Positions 7,836 through 17,274 of a stretch of 30,559 bases of DNA are shown here, piece by piece (the stretch's first letter is position 1; every line of letters starts with the position of its first letter). The notes beneath the pieces were generated by a model. That model made no database searches, was not told where the DNA came from, and saw nothing but the letters and a program-made list of their open reading frames with translations. The position numbers and the translations under genes are program-made. Source of the DNA: a virus (taxonomy: Duplodnaviria > Caudoviricetes); the IMG/VR virus record IMGVR_UViG_3300017778_002569, positions 1 to 30,559 of that record. The stretch is one strand, 5' to 3'.

Positions 7836-10154
7836 ATGACACAAACACAAATACAAGTATCCAAGCGCCATGGTGGCAAAGAAACGCTAGACATTGAAAA
7901 ACTACATAAAGTGGTTTTTTGGGCAACTCAGAGCATTACCGGAGTTTCAGCCAGTGAAGTGGAAATCAAAAGTCACTTGCAATTTTACAACAACATCCCA
8001 ACATCAGACATTCAGGAAACACTTATTAAAAGTGCGGCAGATTTAATTTCAGAAGAAACACCAAATTATCAATATGTGGCCGGTAGACTAATTTGTTATC
8101 ACCTGCGTAAGCAAGTGTACGGCACATTCCAACCTTGTCATATTCGAGAACTAGTAGAACGCAATGTCAAGCGTGGTTTCTATGATCAAGAATTGCTTGA
8201 TACATACAGCCCAGACGAATGGGAACGCATCAACGGTTTTATCCGTCACGATCGTGATGAGCAGTTGACCTATGCTGCCATGGAACAATTCCGAGGCAAG
8301 TACCTTGTACAAAATCGTGTAACAAAAGAAATATTTGAAACGCCACAAGTGGCCTATGTACTAATTGCTGCCACATTGTTTGGCAAGTACCCCAAGGCAA
8401 CACGCATGACTTGGATTCGTGATTATTATGATGCCATCTCCACACATCAGATCAGTTTGCCTACTCCTGTCATGGCCGGTGTACGCACACCACAACGGCA
8501 GTTCTCTAGCTGTGTGTTGATTGAAACAGGCGACAGCTTGGATAGTATTAATGCCACAACATCTAGTATTGTAAAGTATGTGAGTCAGAAAGCTGGTATC
8601 GGTATCGGCGCCGCACGTATTCGTGCAATTGGTTCACCTATTCGCAATGGCGATGCTTATCACACAGGCGTTATTCCATTCTATAAAATGTTCCAAGCGG
8701 CCACACGTTCGTGCTCACAGGGCGGAGTACGCAACGGTGCCGCCACCTTGTATTACCCACTGTGGCATCTTGAAGTTGAAGACTTATTGGTATTAAAGAA
8801 CAACAAAGGTACCGACGACAATCGTGTACGTCAAATGGACTACGGTGTGCAGTTCAACAAGGTCATGTATGAACGACTGTTGACCAATGGCGACATCACG
8901 CTGTTCTCACCACATGATGTTCCTGAAATGTTTGATGCTTTCTACACCGATGTAGAAAAGTTTCGTGAACTGTACGAACGAGCTGAACGCAATACCAAGC
9001 TTCGCAAAAAAACAATTCCAGCAGTGGAGTTGTTCAGTCGTTTTATGCAAGAGCGCAAAGATACTGGACGTATCTATTTGCAAAACGTAGACCATGCCAA
9101 CAGTCACGGTAGTTTTAAACCCGAGCTGGCGCCCATTCGTCAAAGCAATTTATGTTCTGAGATTGACTTACCCACAAAGCCTTTGAACGATATAAATGAC
9201 CCCGAAGGTGAAATTGCTTTGTGCACACTTAGTGCATTGAACTGGGGTGCGTTCCGTGATCCTGAGGACATGGAAAAGGCATGTATACTAGCAGTACGTG
9301 GACTAGATGCATTGTTGAGCTATCAACATTATCCCATATTGGCTGCACAACTAGCCACAGAGAATCGCCGTCCACTTGGTGTTGGTATTATCAATCTTGC
9401 CTACTGGTTGGCCAAGAATGATGTCAGCTACAGTGATCCAGCCGCACTGGCATTGGTTGACAAATGGGCGCAACACTGGAGTTATTTTTTAATCAAAGCC
9501 AGTGCAGACCTTGCTGAAGAATTTGGTGCATGTCCCAAGTCTAATGAAACCAAGTATCATGACGGAATACTGCCAGTTGACACGTACAAGCGTGAAGTAG
9601 ATGAACTTGTGGCACACGTGGATGCTGTGGACTGGACAGGCCTGCGTGAACAACTCAAACGCACTGGTATTCGAAATAGTACCTTAATGGCACTGATGCC
9701 AGCAGAGACATCGGCCCAGATTAGCAACGCCACAAACGGTATCGAACCCCCACGTAGCTATGTTTCAATTAAACAAAGCAAAGATGGTGTACTCAAACAA
9801 GTTGTCCCTGAGTATCGTCGCCTAAAGAACAAATATGAACTGTTGTGGGATCAGAAATCGCCCGAGGGTTATTTAAAAATCTGCGCAATTCTGCAAAAAT
9901 ACATTGATCAAGGCATCAGCGTAAACACCAGCTACAATCCTCAGCACTACGAAGATGAAAAGATTCCCTTGAGTGATATGCTAAAGCATCTTGTGATGTT
10001 TTATAAGTATGGTGGCAAACAGCTATATTACTTTAACACATATGATGGTTCGGGTGAGATTGATCTTGATAGATTGAGTCAGAAACAAGTGTTAACTGAA
10101 TCTGTTAATACCCCAATACAAGACGAAGACGAGTGCGACAGTTGCACAATTTAA
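7836..10154 (+). CDS. nrdA: Ribonucleotide reductase class Ia alpha subunit
   Basis: N-terminal ATP cone; SLPTPVMAG, QFSSCVL, SCSQGGVRNG, SNLCSEI and ALCTL; LYYFNT tyrosine pair; C-terminal CDSC. No intein or intron is evident. Confidence 0.98.
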   Translation: MTQTQIQVSKRHGGKETLDIEKLHKVVFWATQSITGVSASEVEIKSHLQFYNNIPTSDIQETLIKSAADLISEETPNYQYVAGRLICYHLRKQVYGTFQPCHIRELVERNVKRGFYDQELLDTYSPDEWERINGFIRHDRDEQLTYAAMEQFRGKYLVQNRVTKEIFETPQVAYVLIAATLFGKYPKATRMTWIRDYYDAISTHQISLPTPVMAGVRTPQRQFSSCVLIETGDSLDSINATTSSIVKYVSQKAGIGIGAARIRAIGSPIRNGDAYHTGVIPFYKMFQAATRSCSQGGVRNGAATLYYPLWHLEVEDLLVLKNNKGTDDNRVRQMDYGVQFNKVMYERLLTNGDITLFSPHDVPEMFDAFYTDVEKFRELYERAERNTKLRKKTIPAVELFSRFMQERKDTGRIYLQNVDHANSHGSFKPELAPIRQSNLCSEIDLPTKPLNDINDPEGEIALCTLSALNWGAFRDPEDMEKACILAVRGLDALLSYQHYPILAAQLATENRRPLGVGIINLAYWLAKNDVSYSDPAALALVDKWAQHWSYFLIKASADLAEEFGACPKSNETKYHDGILPVDTYKREVDELVAHVDAVDWTGLREQLKRTGIRNSTLMALMPAETSAQISNATNGIEPPRSYVSIKQSKDGVLKQVVPEYRRLKNKYELLWDQKSPEGYLKICAILQKYIDQGISVNTSYNPQHYEDEKIPLSDMLKHLVMFYKYGGKQLYYFNTYDGSGEIDLDRLSQKQVLTESVNTPIQDEDECDSCTI

Positions 10155-10163
10155 TAGGATAAC

Positions 10164-11291
10164 ATGAGCGTTTTAAATTTAAAAAAAGATCGTGATCATA
10201 CACAAAGCCTGGCCTTTCTTGACCCCGAAGGTGGCATCGGTATGCAACGATTTGATACACTGAAGTATCGACAGTTTGACAAACTTACTGACAAGCAACT
10301 GGGCTTCTTTTGGAGACCCGAAGAAGTCGATGTGTTGCGTGATGCCAAGGACTTTAAAGATCTTACCAGTTACGAACAACATATTTTTACCAGCAATCTA
10401 AAACGCCAAATCCTATTAGATTCTGTTCAAGGTCGCAGTCCCAGTCTTGGCTTCTTGCCATTGACCACATTGCCAGAACTAGAAACCTGGATCACTACTT
10501 GGACATTTAATGAAACTGTTCATAGTCGTAGTTACACGCACTTGATACGTAACGTGTACTCAGATCCAGGCCGGGTGTTTGACGAAATGTTAGACATTGC
10601 TGAAATTGTAGATTGTGCACACAACATTACCAAGTACTATGATGATTTGATAGAATACAGTTTGTTGTATCAAGTGTTGGGTGCGGGCACTCACACTGTG
10701 AATGGTAAAACTGTAACAGTTGACACATACGAGCTTAAACGTCGAATATGGTTGGCAATTGCCAGTGTCAATGTGCTTGAGGGTATTCGATTCTATGTGA
10801 GTTTTGCGTGTAGTTGGGCATTTGCTGAACTTAAAAAGATGGAAGGTAACGCCAAGATCATCAAGTTCATTGCCCGAGATGAAAATGTACACTTGGCATC
10901 CACGCAACAGTTGCTAAAAATATTGCCCAGTGACGACCCCGACTTTGCTCGTATCAAAGAAGAAACACAAAGTGAAATGATCAAGATGTATGAACTTGCT
11001 ATCAAACAAGAAAAAGACTGGGCTAAATTCTTGTTCAAAGATGGCAGCATGATTGGATTGAACGAGCATTTGTTGTGCGAATATGTAGACTGGATTGGTA
11101 ACAAACGCATGACTGCTGTGGGATTACCCACTCAAACCAAAGGCGGCAGTAACCCACTGCCTTGGACGGCTAAATGGATTGCCGGCGCTGAAGTACAAGT
11201 GGCGCCACAAGAAACAGAAATTACATCTTACGTGATTGGTGGTACCAAACAAGATGTAGATTCAAACACATTATCAGGATTGAGCTTATGA
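10164..11291 (+). CDS. nrdB: Ribonucleotide reductase class Ia beta subunit
   Basis: FFWRPEE, QILLDS, ETVHSRSY (radical Tyr), LEGIRFYVSF and RDENVH. Confidence 0.98.
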   Translation: MSVLNLKKDRDHTQSLAFLDPEGGIGMQRFDTLKYRQFDKLTDKQLGFFWRPEEVDVLRDAKDFKDLTSYEQHIFTSNLKRQILLDSVQGRSPSLGFLPLTTLPELETWITTWTFNETVHSRSYTHLIRNVYSDPGRVFDEMLDIAEIVDCAHNITKYYDDLIEYSLLYQVLGAGTHTVNGKTVTVDTYELKRRIWLAIASVNVLEGIRFYVSFACSWAFAELKKMEGNAKIIKFIARDENVHLASTQQLLKILPSDDPDFARIKEETQSEMIKMYELAIKQEKDWAKFLFKDGSMIGLNEHLLCEYVDWIGNKRMTAVGLPTQTKGGSNPLPWTAKWIAGAEVQVAPQETEITSYVIGGTKQDVDSNTLSGLSL

Positions 11292-11572
11292 AACTCACAG
11301 TATATTCAAAAACAGTTTGCCCATATTGCGTACAGGCAAAAAATTATCTCAAGAATAGCAATATTGAATTTGAAGAAATTAATATTGAAGACACACCACA
11401 AGCACGTGAATATATCATGCAAGCTGGGCATCGTACTGTACCTCAAATCTATTACAACGGCAAGTTATTTGTTGAAGGTGGTTGGCAAGGTTTAAGTAAG
11501 TTGAGCGTGGAAGATATCATGCGTGAAATTGAACTGCGCAACGAACTTTCTAATGCTAATGTACCCTTTTAA
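11288..11572 (+). CDS. Glutaredoxin
   Basis: CPYC active site; TVPQI and GG motifs; coupled to nrdB. Confidence 0.93.
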   Translation: MKLTVYSKTVCPYCVQAKNYLKNSNIEFEEINIEDTPQAREYIMQAGHRTVPQIYYNGKLFVEGGWQGLSKLSVEDIMREIELRNELSNANVPF

Positions 11573-11588
11573 TTTAAAGAAAAACACA

Positions 11589-11888
11589 ATGAACATCGAA
11601 AACAATACAATTTATACCTTAAAACTCAGCACCGGTGAAGAGTTGGTGACTAAAGTAGTTGAAGTAAATGCTGATCATATCATGATCGAGCACCCTATTC
11701 TTACAGTGATTAGCCCACAAGGTCTGCAAATGATGCCCGGACTATTTTCTGCAAATCTTGACAAACCCGTGAGGCTAAATAATTCTAGTTGGGCCATGAT
11801 TGCTGAACCACGTGAAGATGTTCGCAATAGCTGGATCCAAGCTACCACTGGAATTACCACAGTGAGCAAGCAGATTATCACAGGATAA
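11589..11888 (+). CDS. Hypothetical phage protein (99 aa), possible Sm-like beta fold
   Basis: ATG 11589 preferred to the longer overlapping start; TLKLSTGEELV motif. Confidence 0.6.
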   Translation: MNIENNTIYTLKLSTGEELVTKVVEVNADHIMIEHPILTVISPQGLQMMPGLFSANLDKPVRLNNSSWAMIAEPREDVRNSWIQATTGITTVSKQIITG

Positions 11889-11896
11889 AGTACAAG

Positions 11897-12172
11897 ATGC
11901 CCGCAGTATGCAGAGTGAACGATAAAAACAACAACCAACCGCCTGGGCTTATACTAGGCGGCGTCAGTTCAGTGCAAGTCAATGGTCGACCTATTGCAGT
12001 TGTGGGCAACAAAATTACTCCTCACGGCAAGGGAAAACATGCCAGTGCTGTGGTGCAAAAAGGTAGTAGCTCGGTATTTGCAGGCGGCAAAGCAGTAACT
12101 TATGTTGGAGCTACCGATGATTGTGGACACAACCACATCAGTGGCAGCGGCGATGTGAATGTGGGTAGCTAA
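11897..12172 (+). CDS. PAAR-repeat baseplate spike tip protein
   Basis: PAVCRVND, SVQVNGRPIAVVG, PHG..H, GSSSVFAGGK and CGH motifs. Confidence 0.9.
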   Translation: MPAVCRVNDKNNNQPPGLILGGVSSVQVNGRPIAVVGNKITPHGKGKHASAVVQKGSSSVFAGGKAVTYVGATDDCGHNHISGSGDVNVGS

Positions 12173-12174
12173 CC

Positions 12175-15100
12175 GTGGGCGCATTATCAAGTGTAATGAG
12201 CATTGCAGGTGCCGGTCTCTTACCTAACCCACCTGGTGAAGTTGGTGTTTCAATAGCGGCAAACACAACTGCTATTAATCAATATACAAACTTATCAATT
12301 GTTGGACAATCAATTACAGTTATCAACTCAGCAATTGTTCAACGTGTAGCAAATAATATTTCCGCGGCCACTCTGACTGGTATTACTAGTTTAGGTAACG
12401 GCACATTCCCTGCATTAACTGATGTTCCATCTGCGGGCAATGTTGTGGCTAATTTACTAGTTGGCGGCACGCCAACAGCAGTGTCCTCTGTTATTTACAC
12501 CGTGTCTGACGCTATAAATTATGATGTTTTACAAATTGTTGGAGGCGATGACGCATCTAAATTTTGTCAAACATTCCAGTCTGCACAAGGGTACGTGGGG
12601 CAGGCAAATGCTCTGTTAAATTCTGTAAAAAATGCAGATATACTTGCTCAGACATTTGACCCTGCTACTGGTGGAATGAACACCTTGAGTACCGGTGGTT
12701 TAAACCAAGTCAGTGGTAACTTATCTGCCTTGGGCACTGACCTTACAGAACTGGGACAATTAATTAACTTACAGCATCTTGATGATTTGGGATTACCTGG
12801 TGAGTTACTGGCGCAAATAGGACGTGTTACCAATGGTGGTATACCGGCAGTGACAGAATTATTGCAGGCTGTAAAGATACCTGATGAAAAAATTACCAGC
12901 TTGGGTCGTGGAACAAACACCTTGACTTCTCAAGAAGAAAAATCGGCCTACACAGTCATGGTATCAATTACAGGGGTACTGTTGTCACAGGTAACAGCTA
13001 TATTGGGAGTACAGGTATCAAACATTACCAATATGGCCCAATTGCTAAACCCCAAGTTGATTCTTCCCACTAGTTATTTGTCTTTGTTGTGCCCCACTAC
13101 TGATAAATTAAGCCCGGTATATCTTACCAATGGTAGTGTAAATTATGATCTTGAACCGGTATTGAACAATGTTGGCGTTACTGCATACTCAGGTCCAAAT
13201 AACACAAACAGTCTTGCTACTCTAAAGTTAATTATTCCACCAGATCAAGCTGTAGCCAACAAAGCATTGTCTCGTAGTTTGCAACAAGTTAAAAATATTA
13301 CCAACACTACATTGGCAGCGTTGGCGTCTGCATTGGTAGTGGTAAGATCTATTGATTCGTTGCCAGCTGTTGCTAATCTCACAACTCCTGTGCCTAGTTC
13401 TGTAAAAAGCTTTTATCAATCACAATTGGGTATAGGCAGCGGTCCCAACGGAACTATATTGTTAGTAGACATCATTGGTGCAGGCAGCGGATATATCATT
13501 ACAGGCAATCTTAATACAGTTTCAAATTCTATTTCTAATTTGCAAACTACCGGATCATTAACTACCCTGAGTGCTTGCTACAACAACATGTTGGGCACAC
13601 TGGGCAATGTGTTTGGTAATGCCTATGCAGGCCCGGGTAACGTGGTAATACCAAGTGGTCCAGGTGCCGGTGCATACGACAGTTGGGATGATGCATTTTC
13701 TACTGGTCTATTACCAGCAGCCAACGCTGCCATTTCTACCATAGTGGCCAGTAACAGTACAACAGTGAATATTGCAAACAACGCCTGGGGCAATATAATA
13801 TTGTCCTTGAGCAACCAACATATCAATCAAGTATCAGCCGAATTAGATTTTGCTAATTTACAACCAAATTCTAAATCTGCCACCATGAGTTTTGCCAGTA
13901 GCCTACATGAGTACGGGCTTGATGAATCTGAAGGTGGGGCAAGTCAATATATCACAGCAGTGGCTGATTCTAATACCCTAGGTGGCCAAAGTATTCTAGC
14001 TAGTTTGCAAGAGGGTCGTAATCTTGCTTCGTTAAACGATGCAGGTATGCAATTGGACACACAGTTATCAGATGCACCTAGTCCGGGCGAAGCAGTAACT
14101 CCTGTACCACTTGTGGGATGGAGTGAATACTCTGCCAACTGGAGCAAAGGTTCAACCTTGATTGCGGCAGATCGAAATTGGGGTCTGTTGCGATCATATC
14201 TTGGAACAAACATTTCAAATTGGGGGTTTGATGGCACTGCTGATCAAGAAGGTACTGTGGCAGTCAAGGCCAGCGGCAAAAATGTTGACGTTGTGATTGT
14301 TGATGCAGTAATTGATCCTGACCATCCCGAATTTGCAGTTAACTCTAATGGCTCTGGCGGCAGCAGATTTCGATATATCAATTGGTACGGATTGCCAGTT
14401 TCGGGTAACCCGGCTGCTGGCCAAACCTATAATCCTCCAATTACTACCACAGCACCTAATTCAGCAGACGACAGTCGACATGCTACCTTTGTTGCTGGTG
14501 TAGCCGCAGGCAACACACAAGGTTGGGCACCCGGTGCCAACATTTATAACATAAGTCCGCAGTATGTCACAGGAGGTGTTCAATACACATACCTTTACAA
14601 ATACATACTGGCTTTCCACTTGGCCAAACGTGCCGCAGGTAACACGAATCCTACTATTTGTAACAACAGTTGGAGCTCAAGATATACTATTCCTTATGCC
14701 AGTATCACAGGTGTTACCTGGCGTGGAGTAACATTTGCTGGACCATTCACTACTGCAGATCTACTCAACTACGGAATAACAAATGATGGCACAGGCAACT
14801 GTATTGTTAATTTACAAAATGCCACCATGGAAGCTGATATTCAAGCATGTATCAATGCGGGTGTTATCATGGTGGCCAGTGCCGGCAATAACGACACAAG
14901 ACTATCGGTGCCCGGAGATATTGATTACAACAATACATTGACTGCTACTGGATTTAATTCAGGTAGCCCTATATACTATGCTCGACCCAGTGCGCCAGTT
15001 AGTTCAAATGTAATTTGTGCGGGCAGTATTGGTGCTGGTATTACCAGCGGCGGCGATAGAAAAGCCAGTGTCAGCAATTGTGGACCTAGGGTAAACTTGT

Positions 15101-15432
15101 TTGCTCCTGGATCTTTCATAACTAGTTCTTGGTTAACATCAACCACTCCAACTGGCGGCGGGTACCCAGCACCAGTGCAGGATCCTAGAGACACAGTTTA
15201 TTGGATTGCCAAATACAGTGGCACCAGTTTTGCTAGTCCACAGGTTACTGGCATACTGGCATGTGTATTGGAAAAGAATCCAACATTCAATCAGACCAGT
15301 GCATTAAATTATATTGTAAACAATGCTCTAATAGGACAAATACCCGATTCTGGTGGCAGTTACACTGATTCGTTTAGTTTACAAGGGGCACCTAACAGGT
15401 ACCTAACCTTGCCGGTTGAATTCCGCGACTAA
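12175..15432 (+). CDS. Large putative virion protein with C-terminal subtilisin-like (S8) peptidase domain
   Basis: Catalytic D (VVIVD, 14302), H (HATFVAGVAAG, 14479), oxyanion N (ASAGN, 14887) and S (GTSFASPQVTG, 15226). The N-terminal ~630 aa are L/G/S/T/N-rich and are joined to the peptidase by a Pro-rich linker. Confidence 0.85.
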   Translation: MGALSSVMSIAGAGLLPNPPGEVGVSIAANTTAINQYTNLSIVGQSITVINSAIVQRVANNISAATLTGITSLGNGTFPALTDVPSAGNVVANLLVGGTPTAVSSVIYTVSDAINYDVLQIVGGDDASKFCQTFQSAQGYVGQANALLNSVKNADILAQTFDPATGGMNTLSTGGLNQVSGNLSALGTDLTELGQLINLQHLDDLGLPGELLAQIGRVTNGGIPAVTELLQAVKIPDEKITSLGRGTNTLTSQEEKSAYTVMVSITGVLLSQVTAILGVQVSNITNMAQLLNPKLILPTSYLSLLCPTTDKLSPVYLTNGSVNYDLEPVLNNVGVTAYSGPNNTNSLATLKLIIPPDQAVANKALSRSLQQVKNITNTTLAALASALVVVRSIDSLPAVANLTTPVPSSVKSFYQSQLGIGSGPNGTILLVDIIGAGSGYIITGNLNTVSNSISNLQTTGSLTTLSACYNNMLGTLGNVFGNAYAGPGNVVIPSGPGAGAYDSWDDAFSTGLLPAANAAISTIVASNSTTVNIANNAWGNIILSLSNQHINQVSAELDFANLQPNSKSATMSFASSLHEYGLDESEGGASQYITAVADSNTLGGQSILASLQEGRNLASLNDAGMQLDTQLSDAPSPGEAVTPVPLVGWSEYSANWSKGSTLIAADRNWGLLRSYLGTNISNWGFDGTADQEGTVAVKASGKNVDVVIVDAVIDPDHPEFAVNSNGSGGSRFRYINWYGLPVSGNPAAGQTYNPPITTTAPNSADDSRHATFVAGVAAGNTQGWAPGANIYNISPQYVTGGVQYTYLYKYILAFHLAKRAAGNTNPTICNNSWSSRYTIPYASITGVTWRGVTFAGPFTTADLLNYGITNDGTGNCIVNLQNATMEADIQACINAGVIMVASAGNNDTRLSVPGDIDYNNTLTATGFNSGSPIYYARPSAPVSSNVICAGSIGAGITSGGDRKASVSNCGPRVNLFAPGSFITSSWLTSTTPTGGGYPAPVQDPRDTVYWIAKYSGTSFASPQVTGILACVLEKNPTFNQTSALNYIVNNALIGQIPDSGGSYTDSFSLQGAPNRYLTLPVEFRD

Positions 15433-15475
15433 AACTAGTATAAACACTGAGTTTTTCTCCTAAATCAAATTTAAG

Positions 15476-15517
15476 GTAAATACTAGTCTTGACTTTTACC
15501 AAAATAAAGTTTACAAT
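15476..15517 (+). promoter_or_regulatory. Tandem late (GTAAATA) and sigma70-type promoters
   Basis: GTAAATA at 15476-15482; TTGACT (15489-15494), N17, TACAAT (15512-15517); SD AAGGA before ATG 15537. Confidence 0.65.
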
Positions 15518-15536
15518 ATATCATTAAAGGAAAAAT

Positions 15537-16448
15537 ATGACTACTACTATCACAATCAAAGACAAAGCAATTAACACAACCTATCAAAATATCACTGGTT
15601 TAACCGGTGGTTCAGGTGATGGTGCTGCCTTTGATGTTGTTAAAACCAATGGCATTTATACTGCCAGTCTCGACGCCCTGGCCGCCAGCGCGGGCACAGG
15701 CTATGTTGCAGGTGACACAATCACTATCCCTGGCGCAAACTTAGGCGGTGCTACTCCCACCAACAACTTGATCCTTACTGTGGGCACAGTTGGTCTCAAT
15801 GGTAAAATTGCCACATTTGGCCAAGTTGGTGTAGGTCGGGTTGGAGATGGTACAGTGGATGTACAAGTTGATGTAACTGGCACTACCGGTGTTGACACAT
15901 ACACACTCAACGGTGCAAGCACAGAGTTTACTGTTACTAAATCTTCATCTGGAATTACTGCTGTGAGCGTGTTAAGCCCCACAGTAACTTTTGCATTTGC
16001 AGATCACGAGCGTGTAATTTTTAACAACAAAGCCATTGCATTTGATGCAACCGGTACTGGTGTTGCTGGAGATGTATATGCATTATTGGCAGCTTCAATC
16101 GGTGCTAGTGATATTACTGCCGCATATGAAGGTGTGGGCATTGCGTTGGTTGAACAAGCTGGTTGGACCAAGCTACAGTTAGCACAGGCTATCTTGAACA
16201 CAGACGTTTACAAAAATGACGCAGGCGGCGTCAGTAATGAAACTTTTGTTAGACAAGTGTTTAACAATGTAGTTGGTCGTGCTGCCACCACAGCCGAAGT
16301 TACTGCGTTTGTTGCAGAAATTGACAAAGGTGTATTCACACAAGCCAGCTTATTGGTTCTTGCAAGTGAATTAACAGCATTTGAAACCACAATTGGTTTA
16401 GTGGGCCTGGCAACTACTGGCATTGAATATACGCCTGTTACATTGTAA
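15537..16448 (+). CDS. DUF4214-like / S-layer-like protein
   Basis: C-terminal SNETFVRQVFNNVVGRAATTAEV..F resembles DUF4214. It is preceded by DTYTLNG..ERVIFNNKAIAFD, typical of RTX/surface-layer proteins. Confidence 0.65.
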   Translation: MTTTITIKDKAINTTYQNITGLTGGSGDGAAFDVVKTNGIYTASLDALAASAGTGYVAGDTITIPGANLGGATPTNNLILTVGTVGLNGKIATFGQVGVGRVGDGTVDVQVDVTGTTGVDTYTLNGASTEFTVTKSSSGITAVSVLSPTVTFAFADHERVIFNNKAIAFDATGTGVAGDVYALLAASIGASDITAAYEGVGIALVEQAGWTKLQLAQAILNTDVYKNDAGGVSNETFVRQVFNNVVGRAATTAEVTAFVAEIDKGVFTQASLLVLASELTAFETTIGLVGLATTGIEYTPVTL

Positions 16449-16479
16449 TCCTGACTGTTGTAATAATACAACATCAACG

Positions 16480-16506
16480 ACCCTGCAATTTGCAGGGTTT
16501 TCTTTT
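16480..16506 (+). terminator. Rho-independent terminator
   Basis: ACCCTGCA-att-TGCAGGGT stem followed by TTTCTTTT. Confidence 0.8.
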
Positions 16507-16508
16507 GG

Positions 16509-16537
16509 TAGACATCAAATGAGTCTTTGTGTATAAT
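16509..16537 (+). promoter_or_regulatory. Sigma70-type early promoter
   Basis: TAGACA (16509-16514), N17, TATAAT (16532-16537). Confidence 0.75.
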
Positions 16538-16567
16538 AGTGGTATTGCAACAAAAAAGGAGTTGGGT

Positions 16568-16777
16568 ATGGCTTACACAGTTTTCAAACACAACAAAGAG
16601 TATGGCCCACGTAAAGGTCTTGAAGGCCCTTTCCACTATCCCAACGGTGCTGTTTTGTACTACGATCCTAAGGAAGGATCATACTATGATCCCACTACTG
16701 ACTTCTATGTAGCGCACGAAGATGTTGCAGAATTACAACAAAGTATTCTTGCACTTCTTGTGGGTCGTAATATCTAA
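16568..16777 (+). CDS. Small hypothetical protein (69 aa) with YYDP repeats
   Basis: SD AAGGAG then ATG 16568; LYYDPKEGSYYDPTTDFY. Confidence 0.7.
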   Translation: MAYTVFKHNKEYGPRKGLEGPFHYPNGAVLYYDPKEGSYYDPTTDFYVAHEDVAELQQSILALLVGRNI

Positions 16778-16803
16778 ATTAATTTTCACATAAGGAGTCA
16801 GTT

Positions 16804-16977
16804 ATGGCCGGTAAAGCAAAATCTTGTTATCTCACAGTATGTCCAAAAGGGTCTATCAAAAGCGTTTTGAGTAAAATGTTTTTTACTGCGGCAGAACTCA
16901 ATAAGTTTATTAAAACACCTGAGTTTCTAGAAAAATACCCTGAAAATGAATATACTATTATCAAAGAAACCTATTGA
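16804..16977 (+). CDS. Small hypothetical protein (57 aa), not in the supplied ORF track
   Basis: SD TAAGGAG at 16791-16797; MAGKAKSCYLTVCPKG...IIKETY-stop fills the gap exactly. Confidence 0.75.
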   Translation: MAGKAKSCYLTVCPKGSIKSVLSKMFFTAAELNKFIKTPEFLEKYPENEYTIIKETY

Positions 16978-16983
16978 TTCTGG

Positions 16984-17012
16984 TTGATCAGAATTAGATC
17001 ATTTGCTATAAT
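16984..17012 (+). promoter_or_regulatory. Sigma70-type early promoter (repeat copy)
   Basis: TTGATC, N17, TATAAT with extended -10 TGC. Confidence 0.7.
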
Positions 17013-17018
17013 AAACAC

Positions 17019-17249
17019 ATGAATAAAACAAATGACATCTTACAGTGGAGCGGAGCAATCTGCATTATAGCAGGCCATACCCTTAACGCAATCGGGCCCG
17101 AGGTCTACCCCTACAACATTGTGACATTTTGTGTGGGTACCTTGGCGTTCCTAATCTGGGCCTATCGTGTTGCAAATAAGCCACAAATGACTGTGAATAT
17201 TGTGTCAATAGCCATAGGACTAGTAGGGTTATACAAAGCTTTTGGTTGA
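17019..17249 (+). CDS. Small membrane protein (~3 TM, 76 aa)
   Basis: Three hydrophobic segments; no SD, and the ATG sits at the predicted +1. Confidence 0.7.
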   Translation: MNKTNDILQWSGAICIIAGHTLNAIGPEVYPYNIVTFCVGTLAFLIWAYRVANKPQMTVNIVSIAIGLVGLYKAFG

Positions 17250-17274
17250 CCAGAATTTCCTGATTTGCTATAAT
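17246..17274 (+). promoter_or_regulatory. Sigma70-type early promoter (repeat copy)
   Basis: TTGACC, N17, TATAAT with extended -10 TGC; SD AAGGAG before ATG 17306. Confidence 0.8.

Noticed and set aside
7836-11291. Intron, intein or homing endonuclease in nrdA/nrdB
   Set aside because: Both ORFs are continuous, of normal length and only 9 nt apart.
11897-12172. Bacterial T6SS locus or cellular origin of the window
   Set aside because: No tss genes; the context, late promoters and gene mix indicate a phage baseplate PAAR.
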